A DNA stretch of 64,000 nt from Octopus sinensis (GCF_006345805.1 NC_043018.1:10602001-10666000), one strand, 5' to 3'; positions 50,840 to 63,541 are shown, counted from the first letter of the stretch. Numbers and translations: made by a program. The notes: generated from the letters alone by a model not told the origin.

Positions 50840-51068
50840 TACAACAACAACAATAACGCTTTCTACTAAGGCGGCGAGCTGGCGAAATCGTTAGCACGCC
50901 GGGCAAAATGCTTAGCGGTATTTCGTCTGCCGTTACGTTCTGAGTTCAAATTCCGCCGAGGTCGACTTTGCCTTTCATCCTTTCGGGGGGCGATAAATTA
51001 AGTACCAGTTACGACTTAATCCGTTTGTCTGTCTTTGTTTGTCCTTCTCTGTGGGTAGTAAAGAAATA
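50270..51068. mobile_element. Cluster of three SINE B copies (50270-50480 -, 50515-50692 -, 50868-51068 +) around (AAT)/(AAC)/(CAG) repeats
   Basis: Family B core motif in both orientations. Confidence 0.85.
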
Positions 51069-51070
51069 GC

Positions 51071-51372
51071 CTAGTACTTATTCTATCGGTCTCTTTTTCC
51101 GAACCGCTAAGATACGGGGACGTAAACACACCAGCATCGGTCGTCAAGTGATGTTAGGGGGGCAAACACAGACACACAAACATACATAAACATACATATA
51201 CATATATACGACGGGCTTCTTTCAGTTTCCGTCTACCAAATCCACTCACAAGGCTTTGGTCGGCCCGAGACTATAGTAGAAGACACTTGCCCAAGGTACC
51301 ATGCGGTGAGACTGAACCCGGAACCATGTGGTTGGTAAGCGAGCTACTTACCACACAGCCACTCCTGCACCT
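51071..51372 (-). mobile_element. SINE family A, 3'-truncated
   Basis: Reverse complement of the head and CORE-like segment. Confidence 0.85.
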
Positions 51373-51617
51373 ATACGTATTCACTTATATTTACTTATTT
51401 ATTGTTACCTGCTCTTATAGCAGGTTGATGCAGGTAGTTTATCCCGTCCCCTCTCCGACCTTTAGTTCATGCAAATGAAAAAACCGCATTATTTACGGGA
51501 TGGCCCAAAACATGTACTACATGTAAGGACTTATGCTGAGTTGATGGGGCGGGCATCTAAATACTGTATAATGTGGGTGGGAGGACTGATAAGTAGGATG
51601 TATTTAGAACCATATTA

Positions 51618-52023
51618 GGATCTTTTCGGTTTGAACGGCAGTTTTTAACATAATTTCTAGGTAACTAAACACTTTTAAACTTCGTATACTGGTAGAATGT
51701 GTTTATAAAACATCTTTTTCTCTTGGCTTTATTGAGAAAATTCTATAGTTTGTAAGATATTTGTTGTTTTTCTCTTCAATTTCTGCAATTTCAACCAATC
51801 AATGACGTCTATTGAGGTGAAAACATTTTGTGCTGTATGAAAATGTCCTCGTTTAAGAAACAGACTGGGTTTATTTACATTTGTGAAGAAAAAAGATACC
51901 CTTCCCTCACCCCTAACCCTAAAACAGATTGAAATGCAATAGATCGATACTAGGGTCATAATTATGGGTGACAATTTCATATGACACCGCTAGAAAAAAC
52001 TGCCGTTCAAACCGAAAAGATCC
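51618..52023 (-). mobile_element. Merlin-like MITE family 1
   Basis: Same TIRs, inverted interior; TSD not recognisable. Confidence 0.75.
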
Positions 52024-52412
52024 CCTTAGGATTATCTTATGTGTTCGTCCCTTTCTTTGAAGGTAAGGTGTGATTTAAGAGAGGTTTGGCTGCTGTTTCT
52101 AGCAGCATCGAGTGACCATGTAGAGGTTATATCATTGGTGTGTGAAATGAGTGAGTAAAGTGAAATAAGTGAAATGAAAGCAGCGTGGCGAGATAGAAAT
52201 TATCGTTCGTGAATAATTTGCTTGAGTTATCTTCCCTTGTTTCACTATCGACGCGTTGTCATTGTGCTAGAAAGACCGCAACGTTTGGAAGATTGGCGAT
52301 GCATTTATTAGAATTATACGTTGAAGAGAGAGAAAGGACAGACAGACAGACGGACAAATGTCGTATTCGGAATATCTCAGACCTCAACTTCTCCATCATC
52401 ATAGCACATTTC

Positions 52413-52859
52413 AGATCTTTTCAGTTTGAACGGCAGTTTTTTCTAGCGGTGTCCTATGAAATTGTCACCCATAACTATGACCCTAGTATCGATCTATTGC
52501 ATTTCAATCTGTTTTAGAGTTAGGGTTAGTTAGGGTTAGATAGGGTTAGGGTTAGGGTTAGGGGTGGGGGGAAGGGTATCTTTCTTTCTTCAGAAATGTA
52601 AATAAACCCAATCTGTTTCTTAAACGAGGGACATTTTCATACGGCACAGAATGTTTTCACCTCAATAGACGTCATTGATTGGTTGAAATTGCAGAAATTG
52701 AAGGAAAAAACAACAAATATCTTACAAACTATAGAATTTTCTCAATAAAGCCAGGAGAAAAAGATGTTTTATAAACACACTCTACCAGTATACGAAGTTT
52801 TAAATTTTTTAGTTACCTAGAAATTATGTTAAAAACTGCCGTTCAAACCGAAAAGATCC
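52413..52859 (+). mobile_element. Merlin-like MITE family 1 with expanded TTAGGG
   Basis: TSD CACATTTC on both sides; gttagggttagatagggttagggttagggttagggg. Confidence 0.8.
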
Positions 52860-53084
52860 CACATTTCATATGTGCAGTGAACTGGTAGAATTAGTACACA
52901 GGCTTAATGATGGTTCTACCAACAACAACGTATTTATCCCCGTTTTTATCGTAGAATATATATGTAACTAAAGAAGTTAGCCATTGGATGATTAGCGAGC
53001 TTAATATGAAATTACTTGGGTCTTATAAACAAGTCCACAACCCAGATTTCAATGGCTGAGTATATATTTTTTGTAAACCCTATT

Positions 53085-53282
53085 TGATAACATAAAAACC
53101 GCACGGGCGTATTAGATGCACTCCATTTTCAGGAGCGTATATTCGGGAAAATTAGTTTTTTTGTGCATTAAAAACTGTAACATAGGCCCCCCCCCCGGTT
53201 TCGCATATAAGACTCGGGGTAATTTTGGAGACATTCTTGCGGGGTCGAGGGGATGCGTCTGATACGCCATCAAGTATTGTAA
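53085..53282 (-). mobile_element. TcMar/pogo-like terminal fragment
   Basis: Minus strand tacaatacttgatggcgtatcagacgcatcccc resembles such termini; no partner TIR found. Confidence 0.3.
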
Positions 53283-53453
53283 TTTAAGTATATTTCATGA
53301 GCTACTATATCTGTGAGGCGTTGATTTTCGGGTTGATTAAGGACGAATTCATCCACACCAAAACAAAAGATGCAGGTCAAGTTAGGTCAAGGGGCATGCG
53401 CTGTTGTAGCACGTCGCTGCATTCACCACGTGCCAGTATTCCCTATTTCTGGT

Positions 53454-53690
53454 GGGTGACATTTTTGCCCCACTCAGGCGACACCTTTTGCCCCACTCAG
53501 GCGACACCTTTGCCCCACTCAGGTGACACCTTTTGCCCCACTCAAGCGACACCTTTTGCCCCACTCAAGCGACACCTTTTGCCCCACTCAAGCGACACCT
53601 TTTGCCCCACTCAAGCGACACCTTTTGCCCCACTCAAGCGACATCTTTGCCCCACTCAAGCGGCACCTTTGCCCCGCTCAGGTGACAATC
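53454..53690. repeat. 23-bp minisatellite ttttgccccactcaagcgacacc, about 10 copies
   Basis: Period 23 measured at 53531/53554. Confidence 0.95.
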
Positions 53691-54044
53691 GCCCAACCCA
53701 CCTTGTCCTCCAAGATTTTCCTCATACGACTTGCTTCTTAGGCAGTCGAGGTACTTCATCGGAAGAGAGAACTGGGTGGTTCTGTTTGGGCAGTCGTTAC
53801 TGCTAAGGGTGTTACGAGGGTGGAGAGCAACACTTATTGCTTCAACCTCTTTGAGTCGCATTTTACAAGATGCAGAAGGAACGTTGGGTCTCTTCTTTGG
53901 CAGCTGATTCCACTCACTAAAAATAAAGCTACACATATCGTATATAGAAGAACCAAAATACATTCTGGTTATGTAACACATGAATTGGTTTCATAAAACA
54001 GAAGACAGCATGAATCATGCCTAATCACAAAATCATATTTACTA

Positions 54045-54266
54045 TACGAAGGGGGAAGTGCTGGAAAGTTCCTGAATAGTTCCTAGCGAAAGGCTAGATT
54101 GGAGGCCCAAACTTCCGGGTTCTTTTATAGGGGTTAGAAAAACTGAAGACTCACTGCAATTAGTTTGTGAATCTGAGAGGGGAATATGGTGAAAAAAATC
54201 ATAATTAACCAATCTTCCTGTACTTTCTTTTACCCAAACCCAGGAACTTTTCAGTACCTCCTCGTG

Positions 54267-54311
<45 letters not shown>

Positions 54312-54510
54312 ACATGAGAAGGTGATGAATGTTCCTGACTGTATGGGTATCATAAAAGGCCTGGTTGGAGGCCCAATCTTTCGAGTTCTTTTACCATTGC
54401 AATAAGTGTGTGAATCTGAGAGGGGAATATGCTGAATAAAATCATAATTAACTGATCCCCCTGTATTTTCTTTTACTCAAAGCCAGGAACTTCTCAGCAC
54501 CCTCACGTAT
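54045..54510. mobile_element. Mariner-type MITE (54045-54265) plus a partial second copy (54350-54510)
   Basis: TIR tacgaagggggaagtgctggaaagttcctg / caggaacttttcagtacctcctcgt; shared interior. Confidence 0.65.
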
Positions 54511-54810
54511 ATCCTAACAATACTAGAATGAGAAGCCTCTTCGACACGAACACCACAATCTGATGAACTACAAAACAGGTTTCAAGTAACTAATGTAATA
54601 TACAAATTTCAATGTAAACAAGAGAGTTGTAAACTTCATGACTTCAACTGTTACATCGGACACACAACTACGACGCTTTCCCGTTTGCTGATTGTGCACA
54701 GACAATAAGGAGACATTGCAACTCATTGTAATACAGTACACAAAATAAATTTTAAGTAGAAAAAAACCCACAGTAGTTAACATACTACAATTTTATATAG
54801 AATCCTACAG

Positions 54811-54884
54811 AGTGAGAGAGAGAGAGGGGTGGAGAAAAAGAAAGAGAGGGGGAGAGAGAGGGGGAGAGAGAGGGGGAGAGAATG

Positions 54885-54915
<31 letters not shown>

Positions 54916-54924
54916 GGAAAGAGG

Positions 54925-54960
<36 letters not shown>

Positions 54961-55108
54961 GAGAAAGAGAGAGAGGGAGAGAGAAAGAGAGAGAGGGGAG
55001 AGAGAAAGAGAGAGAGGGCGAGAGAAAGAGAGAGAGAGGGAAAGAGAGAGAAAGAGAAAGGGAGAAAGAGAAAGAGAGAAAGAGAGAGAGAAAGAGAGAA
55101 AGAGAGAA

Positions 55109-55200
<92 letters not shown>
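54811..55200. repeat. (GA)/(GAGAAA) purine array
   Basis: Directly visible. Confidence 0.95.
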
Positions 55201-55201
<1 letters not shown>

Positions 55202-55440
55202 AAAATAATTAGTAGTTTGTTTTTTTATTAAGTAAAAGGTAGATTTGCTTTACACGTAAGATTTCCTTATTTAAAGCATCTTCAGTGGACAAAATATTTT
55301 AATAACGTTTGAAGAACCGATATAATTACTGATATGTATGGGGAAACTCATTATTACTGTGTTTGTATAAACGCGCATGCGTGCGTGTCTCTGTGTAGTG
55401 CTACATGTGACTTTCTTTCTAATATTTATATCTAGAAATA

Positions 55441-55670
55441 AGGCGGCGAGCTGGCAGAATGGTTAGCATGCCGGGCAAAAGGCTTAGTGGCATTTCGTCC
55501 ATCTTTATGTTCTGAGTTCAAATACCGCTTGGGTTGGCTTTGCCTTTCATCCTGTTGGGATCGATAAAATAAGTACCAGTTGAACGTGAGGTGGGCTCGA
55601 TGTAATCGACTAACCCCCTCCACCGAAATTGCTGGCCTTGTGCCAAAACCTAAAGCCAATATTTATATCT
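55441..55670 (+). mobile_element. SINE family B variant
   Basis: aggcggcgagctggcagaatggttagc...gaaattgctggccttgtgcc. Confidence 0.85.
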
Positions 55671-55709
55671 AGAAGTAGGGTGATGTTACGGGCTCTATTT
55701 ACGCTAGAT

Positions 55710-56068
55710 TAGGGGTCCTCAACCATTTTTTTTTTTAATCTATGGACCCTTTTGATTACTATTTGATTCTGGTAGACATCCACAGCAAGTCGCTGTTTAA
55801 AAACTAGTTTTATAGAAATATCTTTCAAAATCCCTATTTCGTTTTTCACACATTAAACTTGTGTTGGCTGAATTATGTAAAATGTCGGGAAAAGAAACTG
55901 AGCTGTTTCTCTCAATGCCTATCAATTCATACAACGAAAGCAAAGATTTTTTCAGGGGTCCTTAAAATACTATTGTAGATCCCCAATGTACTATTTTGTT
56001 ACGTGGACTCCGCCAAAAACAGTAAATGGACCTTCAAGGGTCATATGGACCCCAGTTGAGAATCACTG
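55710..56068. mobile_element. hAT (Charlie-like) MITE
   Basis: TIR taggggtcctcaac / gttgagaatcactg; 8-bp TSD CGCTAGAT. Confidence 0.8.
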
Positions 56069-56604
56069 CGCTAGATTTTTAGTTGGATTGTAAATATAAG
56101 AAAGGAGTTACTTCTTTTTCTTTTTCTTTTCAAGATATTACTTAAGTCTGTCAACCACTTCGTCTGTATCTTTCACAATGAATAAATCATCAAGAAACCT
56201 CGTATAATCTGGTTATGTTTGGTAAATACTTTGTTTTTCAGGTTAACCATTTCGAATGTCGCGAACGTCAGGTCAAGTAGGGAGCCCATGGCTATCACGT
56301 CTTCTTGGGTGTGTAAATTAAATTGAGGACATCAGAAGGGGTCCTTAGATGAGAAAGCCAACAGAAATTTTTAAGGGTATTTCTTAGTATAACAGGTATT
56401 TTTATAGCATGCAGTATGTACACGACACCCAAGATTATGGTTTCAATTTCAGTTACTGGAACGTTAGTTAAAAAAACCCACCAAGGATATACGTGATGGA
56501 AACATTGCCAAAGTTGTCAGTTTCTTGTAAGATTTTTAGACATTCATCAAGTCATCGTCTGCAATATCACACTAATCTTTTATCTTTTGCCTTTTACTTG
56601 TTTC

Positions 56605-56990
56605 ATTCATTAGACTGCGGCCATGCTGGGGCACCGCCTTGAAGAATTTTCAGTAGAATGTAACGCCCCAAGTACATGTTTCTTTTTCTTCTTAAAGCCT
56701 GGTACTTATTCTATCAGCTTTTTGCCGAACCGCTAAGTCACGGAAACATAAACACATCAGCATGGGTTGTAATTCTGTGGGTGGGGGGACAAACAAACAC
56801 ACACACACACACACACACATATATACGCCGAGCTTTTTTCAGTTTCCGTCTACCAAATCTACGCATAAGGCTTTGGTCGGTCCGAGGCTATTATAGAAAA
56901 CACTTGCCCAATGTGCCCCGCAGTGGGACCGAACCCGACTGAACCATGTGGGTGGAAAGCAAGCGTCTTACCACACAGCCACGCCTGAAG
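56605..56990 (-). mobile_element. SINE family A
   Basis: Reverse complement of a near-full unit. Confidence 0.85.
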
Positions 56991-57277
56991 CCAAACGAAC
57001 TAATTTGTATTTATAATGATTTCCTGTAATTTGGCAATTCTATACGTGAGTGTGTTGATATGAGAGGTTATGGGGCTGAAAATACAAACAAAAGACCAAC
57101 AGTTACATATAGTACAGCTACAATAAATTACGAAATCTTGCCGGATTTAACAGCTGCATAATTTTTCAATCCGGTACTGAAGGTATTTATGTTATATCTG
57201 TTATAACATCTGTAACGTTGTTCTCTGGATCTATTACTTAAATATATTGTTCTCTGGGGTCTATACTTTAAATGTCA

Positions 57278-57645
57278 ACAAGAGCACTCAGGGAGCGCAA
57301 ACCCCCGTCAAGGCAACACCAGCATCTTCTCAATGATTAACCGGAGATGATTTTTAAAAGGAGAATATCTGAAATAAACTCGATTGCTCTCACAAACGAG
57401 AATACTAAAAATGAACCCGACCGCTTTCAAAAATTAAGTAAAAAAAAAACAGGCAAAATAATCCAGAATCTTTGTCCGGTACCGAATCGATCCCATAATC
57501 TAGTCAGTTCGTGCCGGTCACGAGGCCAAACATTCCTGAAAGTTTCATCCGAATCCATCCAGCGGTTCTTGAGATATCTTCTACACGGACAAACAAACAC
57601 GACTGAAAACAATACCTCCGTCTTCGTTCAGGTGGAGATAATAAT
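57278..57645 (+). mobile_element. Helentron/HINE-like non-autonomous element
   Basis: Starts aacaagagcactcag; ends with subterminal palindrome acctccgtcttcg..aggtggagat followed by aataat. Confidence 0.5.
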
Positions 57646-57655
57646 CACAATCAAT

Positions 57656-57870
57656 GAAGCGGCAAGCTGGTAGAATGGTCAGCACGTCGGGCAAAATGCT
57701 TAGCAGCACTTCGTCCGTCTACACATTCTGAGTTCAAATTCTGCCGCGGTCGACTTTACCTTTCATTCTTTCGGGATCGATAAAATAAGTACCAGTTGAG
57801 TACTGGGGTCGTTGTAATCGACTTAATCCCTAACCTGAAATTGCTGGCCTTGTGCCAGAATTTGAAACCA
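57656..57870 (+). mobile_element. SINE family B variant
   Basis: Core motif present. Confidence 0.8.
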
Positions 57871-58099
57871 ATAATCACAACCAAACAATCAATAATTAAT
57901 AAATAGTCGAGTGAGTGGGTCGAGTTTCACCTGATTTGAACCCTTGACAAACGACAATCCGTGAAAAACTTTGCTGAAGATTCAACATTAAGGGGATCAC
58001 GGGATATTATATTCTTCCTATTTCCTATGAACCCATTCGCTGAGGTTGTTATTTGAGACTTGTCCCCCTCATGACCACTAGAGGATATAATTGACTAGA

Positions 58100-58740
58100 A
58101 GAGTCCAGTAATGTCCAGTAGGGTACATAATGTCTTTTTTATCCAAGTGTTCCGTAGAGCCCAGTAGTGTCCGGTAAGGTCCAGGAATGTCCAGCAATAT
58201 ATAATCGTTTTCACGAACATCCAGCAGTATCCAACAGTATTGAATTGTGTCTGCTAATGTCCAGTAGTGTCCACTAATATCCATCAGTGTCCAGTAAGGT
58301 CCAGTTGTGTCTAAAATTATCCAGTGGAAACTGTAATGTCTTTTTTATCCAGTTGTGACAAGTAATGTCCAGTTGTATCCTGTAATAATCAAATGTGTCC
58401 AGTCGTGTCCACTAATATCTACTGATGCCCAGTAATATCAATTAATGTCCATCAGTGTCTAATAAGAACAGATGTGTCTAAAATTATCCAGTGGAATCAA
58501 TATTGTCCAGATTCCCAGTAATGTCCATTAATGTCCAGTAGTGTCCATTAAGGTCCAGTTGTTTCTAAAATTATCAACAGGAGTACTGTAATGTCTTTTT
58601 TTTTATCCAGTAGGGTCTAGTAATGTCCAATCGTTTCCTGTCGTGTCCAGTAAGATCAGATAGGGTCCGGCGGTGTCCGTTAATGTCGGGAAGTACCTAC
58701 TAGGTACCACCAATGTCTACTAGAGTCCATCAGCGTCCAT
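58100..58740. repeat. Degenerate ~10-bp gtccagtaRt array with larger internal duplications
   Basis: Recurrent gtccagta/gtccatta; the ctaaaattatc..ctgtaatgtcttttt block recurs at about 58311 and 58565. Confidence 0.75.
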
Positions 58741-59102
58741 CCCTTCCCAGTTAAACAGTCACGTATCCAAGACAATTTTCATTATCGCCTCTAAACCAAC
58801 CGACCAACCGATCAACCGACCAAACCCCCCTTCCTCCTATCCTACTCTGCAGTTTACTCGTCTGTCAAGAAGTCTCTCCTTCTACACTGATACGCTTTCA
58901 AACTAAACGTTTTAATCTTGCAAATTCGATATGTCCACTACCGAACACCACAAACCCTTTCTTATCATTTCACGATAAAACCAGCGTTTCAAGTAGCAAA
59001 ACAAGCAAATAAATGTAAACTCTTTCTTTTCTATTTTCTTTTTGTTTCTGCCATTTCTACATGCAGCCCTTCCCACATGACCACCACGACTGTCAAACTT
59101 AC

Positions 59103-59191
59103 CGTTCACTTCAAATTTTTTTTCATGGGGACTGCTTGCAGCTTGACAATACAAACTCACTCTCTTATTTTTATCTTTATCTTCTTCTCCT
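59103..59191 (-). CDS. Candidate exon with an Ig-like B-strand motif (GEEDKDKNKRVSLYCQAASSPHEKKFEVN)
   Basis: Acceptor gttctgattacag|, donor AACG|gtaagt, open frame; VxLxCxAxSxP pattern. Confidence 0.25.
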
Positions 59192-59689
59192 CTGTAATCA
59201 GAACAAACTGGGTCAAATTAAGTCTCAGCTATATCTTATTGTAATAATAATGTTAATGAAAATATTGTCAGTTAGGCAACCAGCTGCTTGCATGGTCGCC
59301 TGCAGCAGAGAGAATGGGATTAGAATCTCTTTTTTCTTTTGAAATTCTATCTGTGAAAACGCAAATCTTGTTTTCAAATCTAAGTCTGTTTGTTTTGTTG
59401 ATATTTTTTTTATTTTTTTTAAGAATAAATTATTATAGTTGCCTCTAAATAGATATGGTTCATATTTAATGTATTATATACTTGATGTGTTATCTCGATT
59501 TAAATATTCTTTAAGCTGGCAGAAAGGGAAAAGAAAAGGACAAAGGAAAGAGCGACTATTATTTATTTACTGTCAATTCGGAAAAAACAAAAACAAAAAC
59601 CCGAATATCTTTTCCTCTTCGTCTGCACAATTGTCCTTCGACTGTTTATAGCTGTACTGTGAAGTCTTTGTTACTTGGCCTCTCTTTCT

Positions 59690-59940
59690 CTCTCCCTCTC
59701 TCTCCTGTCATGCCATGTCGTCTCCTCTTTCTCTCTCTCACATACTGTCATCTTTCACTCTTCTCTCTCCCTCTCTCTTCTTTGTCCCTATCTCTTCCTA
59801 TCTCCCCCCTCTCTCCTTATCAATCTATCTTTCTATCTATCAATCTAGCTTTCTATGTATGTATGTATGTATGTATGTATGTATCTATCTATCTATCTAT
59901 CTACCTATCTACCTATCTATCTATCTGTATATCTATCTAC

Positions 59941-59992
<52 letters not shown>

Positions 59993-60070
59993 CTATCTAT
60001 CTGTTTATCTATCTATCTATCTTCCTTTCTATCCATTCATCTCCATTTCTCTTTAGAATGTATCAATCTA

Positions 60071-60110
<40 letters not shown>

Positions 60111-60112
60111 TG

Positions 60113-60153
<41 letters not shown>

Positions 60154-60380
60154 GTGTGTTTATCTTTCTCTCTCCACCCAACTCTATCTATCTTTCCCTT
60201 TCTCTCACTCCATCTATCTGTCCCCTCCCTCTCTCTTTGTTTCTGTCTCTATCTCCACCACTCTCACCCACTCGCTCTCTTTCTCTCTGCTTCTCTCACT
60301 CCATCTCTCTACTCCTCTCTCTCCCTCTCACTTTCTCTCCATCTCACCCTCTCTCTCTCTCTCTCTTTCCTCCTCTCTTG
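59690..60380. repeat. (CT)n/(CTAT)n array
   Basis: Directly visible. Confidence 0.95.
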
Positions 60381-60800
60381 CTCAACATTACGATAAATAT
60401 CTAGTCGTAAGGATGACATGACAGAGACACTCGATTTTATTTAATATGATAAAACCAACCGAACTACTCTTTCGTTTTTGGTTTATTCTTCCTCTGCAAA
60501 TGACGTCTCTCAGTAATTAATTTCATGATTTATTTATTCGTGTCTCGTTAAAATATTCTCAAATTTTCACTCCCACTCATGTAAAACATCGCACGTCACG
60601 ACTCCGACAAATACGATGACGTCGAGACTTCGCTGACGATGTTTCATAAGATTGAAACGTTGTCTCCCGTATTTGTCAAATTGACCAGAATAATTAATGC
60701 ATCATTAGGCTGATATTGTCGTTCTTTACCTCGTAATTATTTAAAATTAGATTTTCTTTTATATCCATAACATTTAAGATTACCTTAATGATTATCCGTT

Positions 60801-61030
60801 TCTTTATTACCCACAAGGGGCTAAACATAGAAGGGACAAACAAGGACAGACAAACGGATTAAGTCGATTACATCGACCCCAGTGCGAAACTGGTACTTAA
60901 TTTATCGACCCCGAAAGGATGAAAGGCAAAGTCGACCTCGGCGGAATTTGAACTCACAACGTAACGGCAGACGAAATACGGCTACGCATTTCGCCCGGCG
61001 CGCTAACGATTCTGCCAGCTCGCCGCCTTA
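60801..61030 (-). mobile_element. SINE family B, full length
   Basis: Reverse complement of the complete unit. Confidence 0.9.
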
Positions 61031-61086
61031 TGATTATCGTAACAGCAATTCAATAATTTAGCCACAGTTAAAGTAATTCTAGAGTT

Positions 61087-61505
61087 GGATCTTTTCGGTT
61101 TGAACGGCAGTTTTTTTCTAGCGGTGTCATATGAAATTGTCACTCATAATTATGACCCTAGTATCGATCTATTGCACTTCAATCTCTTTTAGGGTTAGGG
61201 TTAGGGGTGGGAGAAGGGTATCTTTTTTTCTTCACAAATGTAAATAAACCCAGTCTGTTTCTTAAACGAGGGACATATTCATACGGCACAGAATGCTTTT
61301 TAACTCAATAGCCGTCACTGATTGGTTGAAATTGCAGAAATTGAAGAAAAAACAACAACAAATATCTTACAAACCATAGAATTTTCTCAATAAAGCCAAG
61401 AAAAAAAAGATGTTTTATAAACACATTCTACCAGTATATGAAGTTTAAAATATTTTAGTTACCTAGAAATTATGTTAAAAACTGCGGTTCGAACCGAAAA
61501 GATCC
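61087..61505 (+). mobile_element. Merlin-like MITE family 1
   Basis: TIRs; flanks ctagagtt/ctcgagtt (7/8 TSD). Confidence 0.8.
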
Positions 61506-61649
61506 CTCGAGTTAGTTAACATAAACTTAATTATTGTCCTTCCCGATGACATCTCTGACAAACTATATTGTAACAGTATTATAAATACATTTTTCAATTA
61601 AATTATTATTGAGCCTAAAGCGGTGAACTGGCAGACACGTCCGTCACTT

Positions 61650-62069
61650 ATAAGGCGGCGAACTGGCAGAATCGTTAGCACGCTGGACGAAATGCTCAGC
61701 GGTATTTCGTCAGTCGCTGCGTTCTGAGTTCAAATTCCGTCGAGGTCGACTTTGCCTTTCATCCTTTCGGGGTCGATAAATTAAGTCCCAGTTACGCACT
61801 GGGGTAGATATAATCGACTTAATCCGTTTGTCTGTCCTTGTTTGTTCCCTCTGTGTTTAGCCCCTTGTGGGTAGTAAAGAAATAGGTATTTCGTCAGTCG
61901 CTACGTTCTGAGTTCAAATTCCGCCGAGGTCGACTTTGCCTTTCATCCTTTCGGGGTCGATAAATTAAGTACCAGTTACGCACTGGGGTCGATGTAATCG
62001 ACTTAATCTGTTTGTCTGTCCTTGTTTGTCCCCTCTATGTTTAGCCCCTTGTGGGCAATAAAGACATAA
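61650..62069 (+). mobile_element. Dimeric SINE B with a 16-bp TSD
   Basis: gacacgtccgtcactt (61634-61649) / gacatgtccgtcactt (62070-62085). Confidence 0.9.
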
Positions 62070-62405
62070 GACATGTCCGTCACTTCGCCGGTGCACTGGA
62101 CGACACTGTCCCCCCCCTCATTACTCAATGGTACACCCTCAGATTTAGAAAACACAGCGGACAAAAATCTTCCAGCAATACAAATTAGTGTCCACCCCAG
62201 AATATTCTAAAGTGCCCCCAGTCACCAAAGTCTGGCGATAGGCCTGTTGGCATAATCTATATCACGCCGGAAAAAATGCTCCGTGGCATTTCTTCCGGCA
62301 TTACGTTCAAATTACTTTCATGGTCGATAAAGTAAATACCAGTCAGGCACTGGGGGTCGATGCAATCGACCATCTCTCTTCCCCTAGTCTAGTGATCTTG
62401 TAATC

Positions 62406-62629
62406 CAGTGGTTCTCAGCCGGGGACCATATGACAGTTGGGGTCCACATAAGGTTGTGTTAAAGTTTACGGTGCAATGTAAATTGGTTATGCTTCGACAA
62501 TACGCAAAATGTTTGGAGTCTTTAAAATACATTTCGTAATAATATCTAATTATAAAATACAATAAACATTGAAAGGCTAGGGGAGGTCCGCCCTAACGAA
62601 ATAGGAATCAAAATGTTTGAGAACCACCG
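62406..62629. mobile_element. hAT-like MITE, degenerate
   Basis: TIR cagtggttctca / tgagaaccaccg; no clear TSD. Confidence 0.55.
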
Positions 62630-62691
62630 TAGAAAAAATAATATATTTAAACAGCCAACTTCCAGGTCATAAGTCCAAATTTTCTGGAAGC

Positions 62692-62746
<55 letters not shown>

Positions 62747-63146
62747 CTGAAACAGGACGGCTTTTTTTGTATATTACTACATTTTGATTTATTTCACTGA
62801 TCTCGATTATTCGTTATATCAGCCAAAACGTTGTGTTAGCAACAAACAAGATGAGGACAAATATCCGTCAATTGTAATTAATGTAAATAATGTACATAAT
62901 TCCTCATCTCTTAAATATAGAACTGTATTAGACAGTAACTAGGTGTGCTTTGTCATTGGATACTGTTGACCTAGATTTCTTATAATGCCGGAAGAAATGC
63001 TACGGAGCATTTTGTCCGGCGTGATATAGATTATACCAACAGGCCTATCGCCAGACTATCCACAGAAGAACGTCCGTAACCATCTTCATCTCTTCAAGGC
63101 TTTTTTCTTCACCACAAGAATTTTCGGAAACAACATAGAATCGTAC

Positions 63147-63233
63147 TTTGTTGACTGTGCCTTGGTCAACGGAGTGGTTGATACCATGAACAGTTTTCTC
63201 TCAATTTCGATTGCTCCTGACATCTTTGACAGC
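63147..63233 (-). CDS. Candidate exon (LSKMSGAIEIERKLFMVSTTPLTKAQST)
   Basis: Good acceptor ttctttatttcag|; weaker donor AA|gtacga; phase compatible with the 59191 exon. Confidence 0.2.
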
Positions 63234-63541
63234 CTGAAATAAAGAACATTACACAGTCAAAACAAAACCATTCGTATTAATCAATAGATCGAAGCCGGCG
63301 CTACAAAATGTTATGTTACATGAGACGTTAAATAAAAGTTTATTCCAAAATATCAATGTTTAAAAAAAACAAACACCACAGTTCTGCTGGCTCCAATTTA
63401 ATAACCTAGTGAGTCTCTTGGATTCGTCATAACTAAATGGAGACAACGGAGTCGATATAAGAAACTTTTCCTTGAATATTTTATAAGAAATCTAGGTCAA
63501 CAGTATCCAATGACAAAGCACACCTAGTTACTGTCTAATAC

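Noticed and set aside
52518-52565. TTAGGG run as a telomere or fusion site
   Set aside because: Short and internal to a MITE with TIRs and a TSD.
63061-63233. Alternative frame with FN3-like VRFYVVSENSCGEEKS and an in-frame TGA (selenocysteine?)
   Set aside because: The stop at codon 11 has no recognisable SECIS, there is no good donor, and similarity is too short.
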